From NCBI RefSeq assembly GCF_021869535.1, contig NW_026262581.1, positions 4,712,001-4,776,000 of the forward strand: a DNA stretch of 64,000 nucleotides, given 5' to 3'. Positions 51,476 to 63,464 of the stretch are shown here, piece after piece. The DNA is from Mytilus californianus. Its lineage: Eukaryota. Position numbers and translations under genes: made by a program. The notes under the pieces are model-generated. The model had not been told where the DNA came from and ran no database searches. It saw only the letters and a list, made by a program, of their open reading frames with translations. How positions within the stretch are numbered: the first letter of the stretch is position 1; each line of letters opens with the position of its first letter.

Positions 51476-52590
51476 GTAACTATGTTGGTAATATGAAAAG
51501 ACCCTTTCAAAATTGTTTTTGTTTTCATGTGAATTCCCAGTGCTTTCCATTTGATTGAAATATAGATCCTGTGGTGTCAATTTATTGCTTACAAGGATTT
51601 GACAGTGATCCATTCTATTTTATGTTCTGATAACATTTTATCAATCAAAAAAAAATATCAGGCTCCATTTTTCTTCTAGGGTAAATGTTACATGTATAAC
51701 AAATACTGAGGATCCTTTAAAAAGTCTTCAAAACAAAAAGTAAGACAGAGCATTGTTATATTCTTGTAAGAGAATCTTGCAGACAGGATCTATATAAAAT
51801 AAGATGTGGTATGATTGCCAATGAAACAACTCTCTGACATAGACGTTAACAACTTAATGTCACGGTATGGCCTTCAACAATGAGCAAAACCTATACTGCA
51901 TAGTCAGCTATAAAAGGCCCCGAAATGGCAATTATAAAACAATTCAAACAAGAAAATTAACGGCCTGATTTTTAAGAAAATTGAATGTCTATTTTCTTGC
52001 AGGTTTTCTGAAACTGTCTTTCTTTTGTCTTCTTTTTTACTGTATACAGGAATTAGAGCTTAACATATGGAAAAATAGGAAATTAATGCTTATTGGCTTT
52101 AAGCAAAATCTGTGTTTCCAGTTTAACAATATTCATAGTTTTTTCTCAATTATAATAATTTTTAGAAATAAATGAAAAATTTAGACACATATCCTTTGTC
52201 AGCCTTTGTTAAAATATAATCCTGCTGAGTAAACAGTTGTATATTATTTATTTATTAAACAAATATGAATTCTGAGATAGATACTCATAGCACTATTATT
52301 GGTTGTCTTTTGGTATACATTATCTAGAATACTCTTATAGTTTATATATATATATAGAGCCAAAGTTTGGAAAGACAAATATGTATTAAAACATTGTTGA
52401 TCATATAACAATGGGGGCCTACAAGATGTGTCAAAACAGATGAAGAGCATTGCAACTTTTGTTGTTAAAATTATTGAATTAATCAGATTAAACTGTGTAT
52501 TAAGAACGTTGATCGGCATGAAACGTTAACTTGTGCACTGTACTTAGAAGTTAGTTATATTTAAATCATAAATATTTTTGATCTAATTAG

Positions 52591-52752
52591 GAACAGCTGG
52601 TAAATCTCTGATAGGTGGTGATGTGATAAAATCAGAGAACGCAAAGAACTTGTTTGGCAAACCAGAATTGAAAATGACAGCACCTATAACTGAACTGAGT
52701 CCTCCCAGTACAGTATTATATCCTGTATCTACAACTACCACTGTTTTTGCAC
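52591..52752 (+). CDS. MCM3AP: MCM3AP/GANP coding exon 3 (162 nt)
   Basis: aattag|GA ACA GCT...GCA C|gtaagt; GTAGKSLIGG...NLFGKPEL...; phase 1-1. Confidence 0.8.
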
Positions 52753-53609
52753 GTAAGTTTATGTTAGCAAGGGATTTTTCAGGTGATGTGTAGGCCTATG
52801 ATATACCTGGTGCATATTTTGATTGAAGCTTTTGCTTTGACTGCCCAAGATAAGGTTATTCAGCCTGTGCCTGTTATATTACCATCTTAATTATGACATT
52901 ATAAATGAACAAGTAAATGTGGCTTATGTAACATTTAACAGTAAAATATGATAAAAATATATATTTGGGCAGACTTATGAGGATTTAGATCTAGTACTAT
53001 TCATATTTAATAAATTCCTGTGTATTGAGAAAGACCAAATTTTAGACATATTAGAAATATCTTATACGGTTTTGATTATTGTTTGGTTGCATATATCCCA
53101 CTTTTCCTTTATTTATATTTATCACTGTATAGGTACAATTACCACTTTCATTCAAATAGTGTTGACAGATTTACAATCTACACTCTTACACCTTGGCAAT
53201 TCATCTTACCATGTGCTTTCTGCCATAATTTTCTAACCCTCTTATAGAATGCCTGCCTTAGTAGACCAGCAGTGTTCGCATGTCTTTTACGTCATTTGGT
53301 CTCTGGTGGAGAGTTGTCTCATTGACAGTCGTATCATATCTTCTTATTTTTATATGACATTATGCATGACAAATTGAGCAGATTAAGTAAATTTCCCTAT
53401 ACCTGTAACAAAATGTTTTAGAAGTGTATGCCACCTTAAGCCACCCTGGCAAGTAAAGTCCAATTGTTCTTGGTTGCTTAGTGGTATAGGAAGATAGCAT
53501 CATTTTACCTTGTCCTTTATAGCCTTACTGTATAAAGAGGGCTGATTAAACTTTAATATATAATATGTATGATTATAAAGATTCAGTGAAAGAAAATGGA
53601 TTTTTTCAG

Positions 53610-53702
53610 CATCCAACAAGACTACAGATTCTATTTTTGGTGGAGTACAGTCTCAAGCATCTACATCAGGTTATGGAATGTTTGGGAAACCTGATGTTAC
53701 AG
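53610..53702 (+). CDS. MCM3AP: MCM3AP/GANP coding exon 4 (93 nt)
   Basis: tttttcag|CA TCC...ACA G|gtataa; PSNKTTDSIFGGVQSQASTSGYGMFGKPDVT; phase 1-1. Confidence 0.8.
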
Positions 53703-54009
53703 GTATAAACTATAGATAAATGCAAATATATCTTACACATAAAAAAGGCATACAAAAAATGGCATGGTGTACTTAGTGTACCTGTATGTGACAGACTTTT
53801 CAATTTGGTTCATGTAGGTGGTAAACTGCTGGCACTCTTTCTTCTCTCACTGACAGCCATGACTATATGCAATTTATAGAAAAAGGGATATCAAACTCCA
53901 CCAAAATAACAAACAATCTTATATAATTTTTTTATTGTAACACAACCTGCTTTACAAAATTACATGAAATCATTGATTAAAAATTTGTTTTTGTTCTAAT
54001 GGTTGCTTG

Positions 54010-54230
54010 TTTGCTAAGAGTGCTGAGGTTATGGGTTTGACCAAACAAAATTACTTTAACATTTAATCCTTGCTGTCTCATGCTCACATTTAAGCTAAGA
54101 AATTATGGAATTAGAGCATTGACTGGTCATTAAAGTGAGAATAATGTCCCGGGTTAGGGTAACATGTCTTCATACAGACTGATATCTTGTTAGCTACAAG
54201 TATCATGCTAAAAAATCAAGGCCTATTGTG
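54010..54230 (+). mobile_element. Degenerate bivalve SINE (Meta/MESC-type)
   Basis: gagtgctgaggttatgggtttga (B-box-like) followed by a core resembling the reverse of 30225-30405. Confidence 0.5.
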
Positions 54231-54306
54231 TTAATTTTGTCAAAATGAAGATTGAAAAATGACAAACAACTTTATAATGGTAATAACTGTATAATTTACT
54301 TTTCAG

Positions 54307-54372
54307 ATAAAGAAGAAAAGCTGAAAGTGTCATCTAAAAAGATGTTGTTTGGGAAACTTGTGGCTGGTTCAG
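54307..54372 (+). CDS. MCM3AP: MCM3AP/GANP coding exon 5 (66 nt)
   Basis: tttcag|AT AAA...TCA G|gtatcc; DKEEKLKVSSKKMLFGKLVAGS; phase 1-1. Confidence 0.78.
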
Positions 54373-54714
54373 GTATCCTATCTTAATCAGATGGCTAGAA
54401 ACCAACATATGGCCATGATTATCTTAATTGTGAATAGATGAAATTTCATCATATTTATAAAGTATTGCCAATGGATAGCAAGTTACATTAATACATAATT
54501 TTTGGTTTTTTTTTTTTGTATAAAGATTATCCTGCAGAAGAAACAGGTCCTCATACTTATAAATATATAAATAGATTCATAATTCATGTGAAGAATTAAA
54601 AAATGAATTAAACATTTGAAGTACAACCCATATTAGGGAACTTTATTTTCAGATCGTTTTAAATACATGACTTACAAGATAGACCTCCAGAAAAAATTAT
54701 ATATTAACAGCCAA

Positions 54715-55547
54715 TTTTTGTCTCGCCTTGACGGAGTCAAAAAGCAAGACATAGGTATGCTGTTTCCGGCGTGGGTGGCTCTGGTGGCGTCAACAAGGTA
54801 TTAGTTTGTGATTACATCTAGTTTATGGTGAACCACTAGTGGTAGGTGAAGCCAGGTCAATGAATTTGGTATGCAGTTGTATTAGTCTTGGCACATCTAA
54901 TTTCCATGTAGATTATTTGGCCCTGCCCCCTCAATCATGGTCTATTGACTTTGGAACTTTTGCTGAGTTTACATGTATAAGTTTGTGATTAGGTCAGTTT
55001 ATGGGGAACCACTAGTGGTAGGTCAATCATATTTGGTATGCAGTTGTATAAGCATTGGCATATCTCATTTCCATGGAGATTATTTGGCCCCGCCCCCTCA
55101 GTCATGGTCTATTGATTTAGAAACTTTTGCTTAGTTTACATGTATTAGTTGGTGATTAGGTAAGTTAAAGAGGAACCAGTCAATGATATTTTGTATGCAA
55201 ATTATTGGCATTTGCAAGTCTTATTTCCATGGAGATTATATAGCCCCACCCCCTCATCATGGTTCATTGGCTTTGAACCTTTTACATAGTTTACAAGTTA
55301 ATGTTTTGTGTTTAGGTTTGTTGAAAGGGAAGGACTTATGATAAGTCAATGGTATTTTGTATGCAGTTGTATTAGCATTGGCAAATCTCATTTCCATGAA
55401 GATTGTTTAGCCCTGTACCTTCAGTCATGGTTCATTGAATTTGAATATTTGCATATCTTGCATGTTAAAGTATTGCTATTTTAATTTCAATATTTGTATT
55501 ATTAAAATAACAAAAAGGCGAGACATATCTCTGTGTTAACAGTTTAT
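54715..55547 (+). mobile_element. HINE family B, near complete
   Basis: tttttgtctcgccttgacggagtcaaaaagcaagaca, ~167-bp core units, 3' ggcgagacatatctctgtgttaacag. Confidence 0.88.
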
Positions 55548-55747
55548 TTAAAGATTTAATTACAGTACTATTGTATGCAATTTTGATGTCTATGTTAAAG
55601 ACTATGTCACATATTTTTATAGATTACGTGTGAAAGGTTTTGACTGAAAATCTTGTGCTTAAGTCCTTGCCCTTTTTTATTTTATGAATGTAGTAAATGA
55701 TATCATTTTAAATGTAGGTGATTTATATAACATTCCAATATTACCAG

Positions 55748-55834
55748 GTGTTAGAAGAAGGTCAATGGACCAAGCAGGAACCAGTTTTGACAATGAAGAC
55801 CAGACAACAAAGAGAAAACCTAGCAAAGAAAATG
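55748..55834 (+). CDS. MCM3AP: MCM3AP/GANP coding exon 6 (87 nt)
   Basis: ttaccag|GT GTT AGA...AAT G|gtaaat; GVRRRSMDQ...TTKRKPSKEN; phase 1-1. Confidence 0.78.
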
Positions 55835-56874
55835 GTAAATTATTAGAATATTTACAGCATAACTACTTTTCTTTATAGTTGTTCCACTATTTTTTTATCT
55901 CAGTTCAGCCTAATGATCTTAAAACTCCAGCATGTTATTAATTTACTCCAAATCAATCAGTTCAATTCAAATTAGTCAGGAACCATTTTAAAAATCATTA
56001 AGTTTTAAAATTAGTCTTGTTTAGGTGCAGCAGCATGTTTCAGTGGTTCTATATCCAAGTTTTCATGTTAGTGTTTCAATATTTTAAGAGAGCTTTTAAT
56101 AAATTAAAGTAAAATTGACCAGTTGCAAGAAAATTATTTTATGCATTTTTAATTTATGCTGTAAGTAGTGTAATCGAATGAGGTGACGATACTGTCACAG
56201 TCAGATGACCCAAAATATACATTAACGATGTTATTTTCAAATATTTTCTGCATTCAGGAATTGCACTTTAAGTCAAATATTGCCAAATTTAAGAATTTTC
56301 ACTTGACAACTTAAGCAAAGTTAAAACTTTTGTATTTTGGACATAACAATGTTTATCATTCTTGCTACCAAGAAATGTTAGAAAGGTCATTCATTATATT
56401 TTAGTATGTGACAAATGTTTTGATATAAGAAAAAAAAAATATATAACTGTTTTATTGGAAAAAACCTTCTTGTTATAAATTTATAAAATTATTGTCTGTT
56501 CATAGCATTAAAGAGCTTAACAATCTAGGTAAATACCTTTATGTAGCTGATAAGAATCGTTATTTGTAATATATTGATTATATTTCATTATTTATATTAT
56601 TTGTTGTCATTCTCCGCCGATGATTCAATGATCCAAACTTGTTTGTAATTGTAAAACACATACGTAATTAATCACTGATGCTATTATATTTGTGTATGTA
56701 AATTCTATAAGCTGTATTGGTTGAATAAAAGACTATTATTGTCCCTATCAGTTATTTCCCTTTACAAATCCATAAAAAATGATTCTTTCTTCATTTCCTT
56801 GGAGCAAATTCTTTCTTTTATTTGGAAATTGCTGCTTTTAATTCTGACAATTTTTTGTTTATAATAAGTGGGTG

Positions 56875-57070
56875 CTGTAAATTCAGAAATTATTGCATGC
56901 ATTTATCATTACAATTTTTGAAGATTGGACACAAAAATATGAGATTAATTAATGCGATTTTGGGATAAGTTGCATACAGATACATTTATTAGATATCAGA
57001 ATGCGATTTCTTACCATTGCTATACTTACCCATTCGCATTAATAAGAATCTAGCAATAATTACACAGATT
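56875..57070. mobile_element. Degenerate inverted copy of the 39828-40037 MITE
   Basis: ctgtaaattcagaaattattgc at the left end; internal sequence is the reverse complement of the 39828 copy. Confidence 0.7.
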
Positions 57071-57355
57071 TATCTTTCATGTACCACTTAATTATAGGAG
57101 TTTCTTATTAGTTTGCATGAATTCTTTATTGGCTATGGTGAAAAGTGAAAGTAACGGTCAAACAGATTCTGCAAATATCCTTAAGTATCATGATATGATT
57201 GGTTAATATATACAGTTGTTACTGAAGAGTAGGTAGTAAAGAAAGCTAATAAATATTTCTAGGTCTGCGTAACAAATAACTGAATAAAATCATTGTACAC
57301 CATTAAAAAGTTATTGAGTTGTAAACAAACTTAAAGAACTGATGTTGTTTTACAG

Positions 57356-57561
57356 ATGAAGAACCACAATCAAAGAGACCAATCAGAAGACTGTCTAGTG
57401 CTGATGAAATGTCTAGCAGAGTAGCAATAGTCTGTAACTATGTGCCAAATAAATATAACAATGTCTTTACCATGAAGAAGCACTTCTCTAAGTTTGGTGA
57501 TGTAGCTAAAGTTTTTCCTAATCCAAGGAAGTTCATGACCACTATACACTTTAAAACACAT
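57356..57561 (+). CDS. MCM3AP: MCM3AP/GANP coding exon 7 (206 nt; RRM-like domain)
   Basis: ttttacag|AT GAA...ACA CAT|gtaagc; AIVCNYVPNKYNNVFTMKKHFSKFGDVAKVFPNPRKFMTTIHFKTH resembles the GANP RRM-like fold. Confidence 0.88.
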
Positions 57562-57659
57562 GTAAGCTTTCTTTTTTTAATCTTTAGGTTGCTGCTTTTC
57601 AGAGAATTTTCCTAAAAAAAAAATGAAAAAATGAAATAAATATTTTATAAATTATATTT

Positions 57660-57991
57660 TAAGAGTGGATATGTTCCTAATGTTGTAACTACAATCCAGT
57701 CCCCTTTTCCTGAATGTGACCTACCGAATTAGACTTATTACAGGATTTTTACTAACATGAGCAACATGATGGGTGCCACATGTGGAGCAGGATCTGCTTA
57801 CCCTTATGGAGCACCCGAGATCACCCCCCAGTTTTTGGTGGGGTTCGTGTTGCTCAGTCTTTAGTTTTCTATGTTGTGTTTTGTGTGCTATTGTTTGTCT
57901 GTTGGTCTTTTTCTTTTTTACCCATGGTGTTGTCAGTTTATTTTCGACTTATGAGTTTGATTGTCCCTCTGGTATCTTTCGCCTCTCTTTT
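57660..57991 (+). mobile_element. High-copy mussel-type dispersed repeat
   Basis: gagcacccgagatcacccccagtttttggtggggttcgtgttgctc...ctctggtatctttcgcctctctttt; a distantly related reverse fragment may lie at ~42440-42590. Confidence 0.6.
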
Positions 57992-58219
57992 ATGCTAAAA
58001 CAATGAACAAAAAATCAAATATTGCAAACAGCAACACGAGACAACTACTGAATAGCAGAAATCACCATTCATTAGTCAAAGTTTAGTTTTTTTTGGTAGT
58101 TGGAAGGTTAAGCTATGTCCAGAAATATTAAATAACAAACTAAAAACCATTATTTGATTACATTATATTTATGATGATTGATCATATGTGTAAATGAAGA
58201 TCTGTGTTCCATTTTATAG

Positions 58220-58358
58220 GAAGGTGCAAGAGAAGCTAAAGCTAGAGGGAAATTTCTGGACAAAGGTGTACGTCCAATGGAAATCTTCTGGAGTAGTTAC
58301 AGACGAAGATCGACCGATGAAACTGACAGTACACCCATCAAAAGAAAGAGTGATCATG
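58220..58358 (+). CDS. MCM3AP: MCM3AP/GANP coding exon 8 (139 nt)
   Basis: ttttatag|GAA GGT GCA...CAT G|gtaaga; EGAREAKARGKFLDKGVRPMEIFW completes the RRM-like domain; phase 0-1. Confidence 0.85.
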
Positions 58359-58596
58359 GTAAGACATGGTAAAAAATTAATTCTGTCCTTAACTTAAGAC
58401 TATAATTGAAGTTGAGCAAAAGTTGAATAAGTGGACCTTTTCCCCAAAAATAAGTAATTGAATTGAAGGTAAATTAGACAAAGTAAGAATAAGCTTAGAA
58501 AAATTAATGAATAAAAACTTGATTCAAATGAATGAACACTTCTGAGTATTCAGCAGTGTTAAAGCAAAAAACTGCTATTTTAAATTCAAGTGCAAT

Positions 58597-58767
58597 ACTG
58601 TGGATTCATTTATTTTTCGTGGGTACCAATTTTTTTTGGTTTGGCCAAAGTCTGCATACAAGCCTATAGAAATTTTGTACTTGGTGAACATTTAAATATG
58701 TGGTTCACCTGTATCCAGGAAATCCACGAGAATTAGTATCCCACATATAATACTGAATCCACAGTAC
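58597..58767. mobile_element. TA-ended MITE
   Basis: tactgtggattca ... tgaatccacagta, perfect 13-bp inverted termini. Confidence 0.8.
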
Positions 58768-58837
58768 ATATGTTTATGTCAGACGACACTTCTCAGTGTT
58801 ATCAGTTTGTTATGTAAGCAGTTCAGTGGAAGATGGT

Positions 58838-59800
58838 CAGGGCCGTAACTACCCATGAGGCAGACAAGGCAACTGCCTCGTCTGAATTTTTGGCAAAAAA
58901 AAAATAAGAGAAAGAAAATGGAAAAAGGTTGGACATGCACGGGTAGAAAACATCCTTACATTTTCATTTCATTCAACAATTGAGTAATACATACTTAGAA
59001 TAGTAATTAATGTTGACATTAAGCTTGTGTACTTTTATTTCAACTACGTTAATCGAACTCTCTATCTGATTACAATCGCCAGTAAACCGGCATTTGTTTC
59101 AGCAATTATTTATTTCCCGCGAAAAAGGTTCTGAACAAGTTCGACTGAGGACAGATTATGTTGTTTGGCCATGTTTCACGTCCATCGTACGGACAATGTC
59201 GGGCAAGTAAACGCAGAAGCTGTTCTCAAACAATGGGATCTTAGTGGCACAAGAAAGGTTGAACTAGCGTTCACAGACAATGACTAGCTTCCATTCTTTG
59301 GTCTTTATTAAATTTTGTCAAAATGTATGTTATTTTTATTGCAGCGTTAACCACACACACATGTCACGCTTTTTCTACTATTAAACATGCTTGCAGTTCG
59401 GTGTGAGCCAATGCTCCGTGTTGAAGGCCGTACCTTGACCTATAATGGTTTACTTTTATAAATTGTAATTTGGATGGAGAGTTGTCTCATTGGCACTCAT
59501 ACCACATCTTCCTATATCTATACCCTACTGTAAATGGATATATATTTTGATGGAACAAAATTCAAGGCAAGTATCTATCAGCCGGCTCTGGTTGCCTAAT
59601 GCATTTCTTCATACAGTAAATATGAAACACAAACGATAAATATGATATAAAAATGGATGTTACAAGATATATTTCGAACCCTAATGCTACAATTTTTGGC
59701 CGGGGGGCTTTGCCCGCCTGGGCACCCACTATCGAGGGGGCCTCAGTCGGCGGCCCCAGACCCCGGCCTCGTCTGTTTTGGAGACCTAGTTACGGCCCTG
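58838..59800. mobile_element. Non-autonomous hAT-like element (963 bp) with 14-bp TIRs and 5-bp TSD (ATGGT)
   Basis: atggt-CAGGGCCGTAACTA ... TAGTTACGGCCCTG-atggt; carries a nested high-copy repeat at ~59389-59521. Confidence 0.9.
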
Positions 59801-59928
59801 ATGGTATAATCTGTGTTTCACTGAAGATGTGTCACTTTAGACATTATGTTTCTTTATTAAGCATCCTCCTGTTTAAATTTCTTCTTTCCACTTTTAATTA
59901 TCAATGTACAATAAATATTGAATTTCAG

Positions 59929-60174
59929 AATTTGCCAATTTAAAGCCGACCACTAAAAGTGCCAAATTCAAATGGGCACAGAATGATTTAGATGATGAAT
60001 TAGCAGGTATGTCAGGGACCAGTGATATAGCTACACAACAGATGAAGGTAATGGACCGACCTGATGACCTTAAAGCTGGAAAGTCTTCCTTACCTGGCAG
60101 TCCTGTTAGACATTCTAGTCCTGGTCCTTCTACATCCAGGACAGCAGTTACCATACCAACTAATGTAGATAAAG
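59929..60174 (+). CDS. MCM3AP: MCM3AP/GANP coding exon 9 (246 nt, or 78 nt with the internal donor)
   Basis: atttcag|AA TTT GCC...AAA G|gtgtgt; open in phase 1-1; alternative donor GCA G|gtatgt after 60006. Confidence 0.75.
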
Positions 60175-60574
60175 GTGTGTACACTTACAAAATTATGTGA
60201 AGGTTATTTTCAATCATTTAATTGTAGAATATTGAATGCACATGGTTTTGTACTCGTTATGGCAGCATTCCCTTTAACTTTAACTTGGAATAAGGAATTT
60301 TTTTTCCTCATCCATGTAGAAAATTTGCGTTATTTCCATAAATTCAGACACATCACTTGAAGAAATTAGATCTCTCTTCATAACTTAGATAATTAATCAT
60401 GTCAGATATATAACTTTTCAGGGTTAATATAAGAAATTATTTCTTTCAACTTTCATAGTTGTTGATCATAAACTCCCAGACCCATAAGCAGAGAGTTTGG
60501 AACCTCACATAAAAAGTAATAGAAAAACTGCAGTAACTGAAATAGTAGCTCAAAATGTAATTTACTTTTTTCAG

Positions 60575-60664
60575 GATCCTTGGCAGTTTTAAGAAATACA
60601 GTATGCCACACTTCAGCAGATAGGTTACAGATCCTGAATCTTAGAGATAAGATTATAAGGCTTG
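60575..60664 (+). CDS. MCM3AP: MCM3AP/GANP coding exon 10 (90 nt)
   Basis: ttttttcag|GA TCC...CTT G|gtaggt; SLAVLRNTVCHTSADRLQILNLRDKIIRL aligns with the GANP pre-Sac3 helix (KYRLLDQRDRIMRQ-like). Confidence 0.85.
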
Positions 60665-60823
60665 GTAGGTTTTTAGTTCAATATTAAGTATTGATGTTAA
60701 TTTTTCCTAAAAATTGTGTTCCTCCTATATTATTTTTTTATTGTTTAATTTTTTAGGGTTCCATAGCAAAAAATTAACTAAACTATAGCTATACATGTAT
60801 CTACAAACAAATGAGGGTGATCC

Positions 60824-61701
60824 TTTTTATTGTCGAGCCTTCGACTTTAGTCGAAAAAGCGAGACATAGCGATCCTACATTCCGTCGGCGTCGTTGTTGT
60901 CGGCGGCGTCCACAAATATTCACTCTGTGGTTAAAGTTTTTGAAATTTTAATAACTTTCTTAAACTATCCTGGATTTCTACCAAACTTGGACAGAAGCTT
61001 GTTTATGATCATAAGATAGTATCCAGAAGTAAATTTTGTAAAAATAAAATTCCTGTTTTTCCGTATTTTACTTGTAAATGGACTTAGTTTTTCTGCCAGG
61101 AAACATTACATTCACTCTGTGGTTAAAGTTTTTAAAATTTTAATAACTTTCTTAAACTATCCTAGATTTGTACCAAACTTGGACAGAAGCTTGTTTATGA
61201 TCATAAAGTAATATCCAGAAGTAAATTTGTTCAAAAAAAAATTTCATTTTTTCCGTATTTTACTTATAAATGGACTTAGTTTTTCTTCCAGGAAACAATA
61301 CATTCACTCTGTGGTTAAAGTTTTTAAAATTTTAATAACTTTCCTAACTATCCTGGATTTGTACCAAATTTTGGACAGAAGCTTGTTTATGATCAAAAGC
61401 TAGTATCTAGAAGGAAATTTTGTTAAAATTTGTACCTGTTTATCCGTATTTTACTTATAAATGGACTTAGTTTTTCTTCCAGTTAACATTAAATACAGTC
61501 TGCAGTTAAAGTTTTTAAAACATTTATTAGATTCATAAACTATCCTGGATTTATACCAAACTTTGACAGAAGCTTCTTACAATCAAAAGATAGTATCTAA
61601 AGGAATATTTTTATTGATTTTTTTCCTCATTTTTGTTGAGCCTGCAATTAACAGCAAAAGTAGGCGAGACACTGGGTTCCGCGGAACCCTTACGAATTTT
61701 T
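60824..61701 (+). mobile_element. HINE family A, complete; three core units plus the terminal unit
   Basis: Same 5' head, core and gggttccgcggaaccc hairpin end as 21757-22785. Confidence 0.9.
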
Positions 61702-62713
61702 AGCAACTTCTTTTCAACAACAGAGTGGATTTCAATGTTACAATTAAAGAATCTTTATTACAACACAGTTTTCCCCAGGGCCTTTAAGCATGATGGTAAT
61801 GTGATGCTATATAACTTAAATGTTAGTCTACCTGAAATGATTTTCGTATAGATTTTGTTATGGATGTGATGCTTTTATTTCTAGAAACTAGATGGTATAT
61901 CAAAATTTCCTCTTTCCCTCAATGCTCTATGAAATTTGTGGGAAGAACACTGTATATGCTTTGCATGGTTTAAATGTTAACATATTTCCATTTTAGTTTC
62001 AACATTTGAAAATTATTCAAAATTACATGCAGGGGAGACAAATCTCGGTGTCAACTATTTATAAATTCACAACATAAACTAAGGAAAAACAACTCAAAAT
62101 TCAAAACACATATTGAATCTCAATTATTTACAATGTAGGAATTAATCAGGAGAAAAAAGAGAGATCGCAAGAAAATATAATTTCTATTTGCTATATTTTA
62201 AAATGGGTCTTGAATGTCTCCCTTTGGGAAAGTTCAAATTTGATATTCAACAATTTTTTTGTGTAGATATTCACAAGATAATTTTAGGGCTACATTCATA
62301 ATCATGAAGATGCATTCAGGACAAGGGGTTAAAATCTAGAAGATCACACATTAATCATGTAATTTGACAGGTATATTCAAGTGTGAAAATAGAATTTTCA
62401 TTCTCTAAAGTGAGTTAAATCACATTCATTTTTTTGTATTTTTAATTTTCTGAGTACAGTAGCAGAGTTCTGTAGTCATTATTGAAAGATTAGACAGATC
62501 TTTGAGCTTAATATTAACATGAAATAATAAGTTTGTTCTATATTAGACCTATAAACAAGAAAAATATTTTTATTTTTTATAAATATTTTTTTTAGGTAGA
62601 ATTACTATATTTTTTGATATAGTAAACATTTGATCATCAATATTATCTGCACTGTTCCTCTTTTGAATATAACATATTTAGATTAAGATGAAATGTTAAA
62701 ATTCATTTTGAAG

Positions 62714-62850
62714 GAATGAAGAAAACTGCAAATCTAAAGTCAAAGGCATTTGTTGGTACCTGTACAGATATGTGTCCTGAGAGAGAACGTTATGATAGGG
62801 AAGAGAAACGAAGATTACATGTGTATGAATCTCTGAACCCTGGAAGTTCA
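62714..62850 (+). CDS. MCM3AP: MCM3AP/GANP coding exon 11 (start of the Sac3/GANP domain); gene continues beyond the window
   Basis: ttttgaag|GA ATG...AGT TCA|gtaagt; AFVGTCTDMCPERERYDRE is the diagnostic Sac3/GANP GTCxDMCPExER motif. Confidence 0.93.
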
Positions 62851-63464
62851 GTAAGTAAAATTTTTTAAAAATGCTATGATTTTGACTGTTTTAATTTTTG
62901 GAAAAAGGAGATATTGAGTTGGTGTACATAAGAGAACATTCCTGGGAAATGCAATGAAATAACCATATATCAGGGGGACAATAATAATATTGGTATTCTT
63001 CATCTTGATAGTAATAGGAAAATCTTTTATAATGTGCTATATAGCTCATAGTAAGTGTATTTTGAAAATAATAAGTTTTGAAAGTAATTTGAAGAGTTCT
63101 TTACATTTAGTCACAGTGGCTTTATATGCTGTTTGTTCATGTTGCCTTGATAAAAGAAACTAATGTATGCCTTACATTATAAGAAAATAAACAGATAAAT
63201 TGTAAAGATGTTAAATTTTACTGAATTTACAAAATATGAATTGGATTGTAATTTGTAATATAAAAAGTCTTTGCTAAAATATATGCTACATTTAAATAAA
63301 TTGATCTAGTCCCACTTCTAGATTACAATCTCCTTATCCATCCCTTAGTCCAGCAAATGATATCTCCACCATTTTCTCACAAAGTTATGAACAGAATACA
63401 GCTCAACAGTGTGAACACTTTTCTGACCTTCCAGACACTTACTTCCTGTTTGCTTAAACTATGA

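Noticed and set aside
49826-51613. Antisense and alternate-frame ORFs over the FG exons; a stand-alone nucleoporin (Nup98/Nup42/Nup214) call
   Set aside because: The extra ORFs are shadows of low-complexity coding DNA. The FG exons link in phase to RRM-like and GTCxDMCPE Sac3 exons, which identifies GANP rather than a nucleoporin.
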